64,000 nucleotides of DNA. Source: Marsupella aquatica. Taxonomy: Eukaryota; Plantae; Marchantiophyta. The stretch lies in the NCBI GenBank assembly GCA_973895155.1, contig OZ316891.1, forward strand, positions 6,999,808 through 7,063,807, given 5' to 3'. A model generated the notes under the pieces. It searched no databases, was not told the origin of the DNA, and saw only the letters and a list, made by a program, of their open reading frames with translations. Made by a program: the position numbers and the translations under genes. Within the stretch, counting starts at the first letter, position 1; each line of letters begins with the position of its first letter. Shown here piece by piece: positions 61,253 to 64,000 of this stretch.

Positions 61253-64000
61253 CTCAGGGGCATGGAAATGTTCTGATGTCTACCTTTGGGTTCACGGGGG
61301 CGCAAGGTGTTTGCTCCTTAAAGTTTACGAAAGGTGTAGGACAGTAGGACTGATTAGCCTTGGAGTTTCCATTAGGAAAGGACTAGTCAATTGCTGGCTC
61401 AGTATGTCTGTGCCTCAGTGGCTTCGAAGGAGCGAGCGACACAAGGAGACAAGTCAAAACAGAAGAATGTTGGTGGCTATTATCATGGGTCACGTGACTG
61501 ATATGAATACACTAGTAGGTCCTTATGTAATAGGGAGAAGCGAGCAATCTTCATCTTATTTCAGGTGCTTCACCGCAGAACTGATTGTCAAGAGAGAGGG
61601 AGGACCACGGTGATAGAGAAGGATGAAAGATTAAGGTTCACCGAAAATCAGGAATCTTGAGACAAGATTGGTTCGATGGAGCAGGAAGGTAGTGATGGAG
61701 CTCGGCCACCAAGAGGAGAGCCAGCTGCAGAAGATTAAATGTGACAGAGCACATCGACAGAGGCAATCGTCTCGCAACTTGCTGAGATTATCCGACTTAT
61801 GCAGGATGAACGTTTGCCTGCTGAGGACACTCTTTTGGAGACACTTGAAGTCTCTGCGTGTCACCCAAATTTGGCTGGAAATCATGCACGAACGAACGAA
61901 CGAACGTGCTGCACATGCAGCCCACATCCCAAGGATGAGGGAGATGGGCAGGCTCTTCGAGGAATTTGTCTGAGTGCTCTTCACGTGATGTCGAATGACT
62001 GATGATGAGAACTCGAAAGAAGTGGGCGGTTCAAATACGGGAATCCGAATTAAGTGGAGGCGAAGGCTACAGAAGAACTTTTACAACTCTGTTCGACTGG
62101 TTTGGGTGATTCTTCTTGTCAGAGTTTTGTAACGCGCGATTGAGTAGATTTCTTATGGAGATTTTTAAGAAACAGAGAGTAAATTTTGAAGAAATCTTGT
62201 TCTGTAATGATGACGATTAGTTATTCTGCTTGCTTCTTTATAGTTTAAGATTTAGTTTAGCTTAACTTTTCCGGATGATCAGTAAGATCAGGGCTTCATT
62301 TCTGGTGGCTCACCTGTTTGAGAAGGCAAGCTTGCATTGCACTCTTCCGCACGGTTACGTCTGCATGAAAGTTATAAATGCTTGCTCTACCAACAGGTCA
62401 GAATTGCGCGCCACTGTGGTTCATTCTAGGATCTTCCCAGCTTATTCGGTTCAGGTTTTACCAACGGGAATTTGGAAAAGGAAATTACGAACAAAAAAAT
62501 CCACATTCGCATTCTACAGAGAATACTACGGAGAAATCTCCTATTCTATACGAATTCTTGCTGGCACAATTCTACTATTGTCCAACTCTGGTATCTGCCA
62601 TTTGCTGAGATATGCTTCTAGATCATTGAAGACCACCAGCTACTGGAGACAAGTGAAGGAAACAATTGATAATTCGAATTCTTTTGATTGGCTCAGAAAC
62701 ATGGTTCCCTTGGATCTCCCTCTCTCCTGAGCTTGGATTCACTTCGATCTATTATTTTTCCCGGTTCGTCGCATCTTCACCTCTTCGCTCACTTGAAAGT
62801 TCATAGTCTGCAAAGTTTGTGGCTCACTTGAGGAATGACATGATTGACCAATCTGACTCACTGAGAAAGAGGTATTGGCATGCTCATCCTCTGTTTCACT
62901 CTTCCAAGTATTAGACGCGGGTTCTATAACATCCACGGCCTCGCAGAGTAGAAATCATCTTTTCTAAACGACAGGACGCATATAACCCCAAAAACTGTGC
63001 CTAACAGCAGCTAGCTCACTTATTTTGAAGAATCACCTCTCCATACACATCATTTGAATGAACTATTCACACAGGCTGCATGTTGTTGCAACCCAAGAAC
63101 CAGCTCAACATTCCTGAACGTAAGTAGGAAGGAGCTGACCCACGACTGTATGGATGTGAGAGTTCTGTTTGTCTTAGAGCACACGAAGATGGGCCATCTC
63201 AGCTGTCAACGGCCTCCACACTTCTACGAATGCAATAAGAAATTTTCCTCTGGTCCGACAATCAAATGCCACCATCAAGGTGAGTCTCCTTTGATCCGAA
63301 CTTCTATTAGGTCGACCAAGTCGCTTTCAGATATAGTTGGAATCTGGTTGGAATCCATGTGAAATCAACAGATATATCAATCTTCTGTGAGGACAAGTAC
63401 ATGCCATGCTAAGGAAATTCAACTCATGATTGCCCTAAGATTCCGCATCCCAATGTACAGAATATGGAGAACTTCAGTCCAGCATAACGAGTTCTCCGGA
63501 CATAGTCCCACAATGATATAAACAAAATGATCCCTTCTAAGCAAGGCAGATCAAATCTTGGATACGAAGATTTTCGAGCCTTTTTCTGGGGATCTCCTCT
63601 CAGCCAGAAACTCAGTCCCACTTCACACTAAGTAGCGAAACAGGGTCCTTTGTGCGTACGATTGTGAGATGCACGATCAAATGTATCGGTTAGGACCATT
63701 CCAGCTATTCATCCGCCATAGCTAGCTCAAGGGCATAGTCGTCATTTTCCTACACCAAAGAGAAACAAAAGATTAACGGTTGTGGTATAGATAATAAGTA
63801 ATGACGTGCAGAAATATGACATCCGTTACGTCAGTACTGCAAACGGACAAGAGCAGACGACAATCATTGAGCATAAACTTACGATTGGACCCCTTGCAAA
63901 ATATTGACCGAATTGCAGCCAGTAGACCTGCAATACGCAAGTCAGCAGGGTCAGAAGAGCTTTCCCATGATTTCCTTCATAGATTTAAAAACAGAACAAT

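Noticed and set aside
62500-63620. Possible decayed minus-strand gene
   Set aside because: Protein-like stretches are interrupted by stops and match no family I recognise.

Overview
Eukaryotic, intron-containing plant nuclear DNA, most likely a non-seed land plant such as a bryophyte (inferred from the plant-type U6 snRNA, alpha-expansin, GT-AG introns and gene families not typical of angiosperms). Hand-spliced genes: 3' part of DPH6 with RidA/YjgF domains (+), an intronless alpha-expansin (+), an orphan multi-pass membrane protein (+), a 2-exon ThrE/Prm10-family exporter (-), a 5-exon fungal-type Egt1 ergothioneine synthase fusing an EgtD methyltransferase to an EgtB sulfoxide synthase (-), an intronless bacterial-like GAF/fRMsr (MsrC) ORF (-), U6 snRNA (+), a 4-exon VASt lipid-transfer protein (+), and a 4-exon secreted lipocalin split by a ~200-aa helical insertion (+). 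Also present: a truncated Ty1/copia element with a half-tRNA-type PBS, a calmodulin-like fragment, a 161-bp tandem array and many local repeats. The most notable signals are the intact Egt1 gene lying near two other microbial-type genes (ThrE, fRMsr) and the split lipocalin. All assignments come from motif recognition by eye; no database searches were run.
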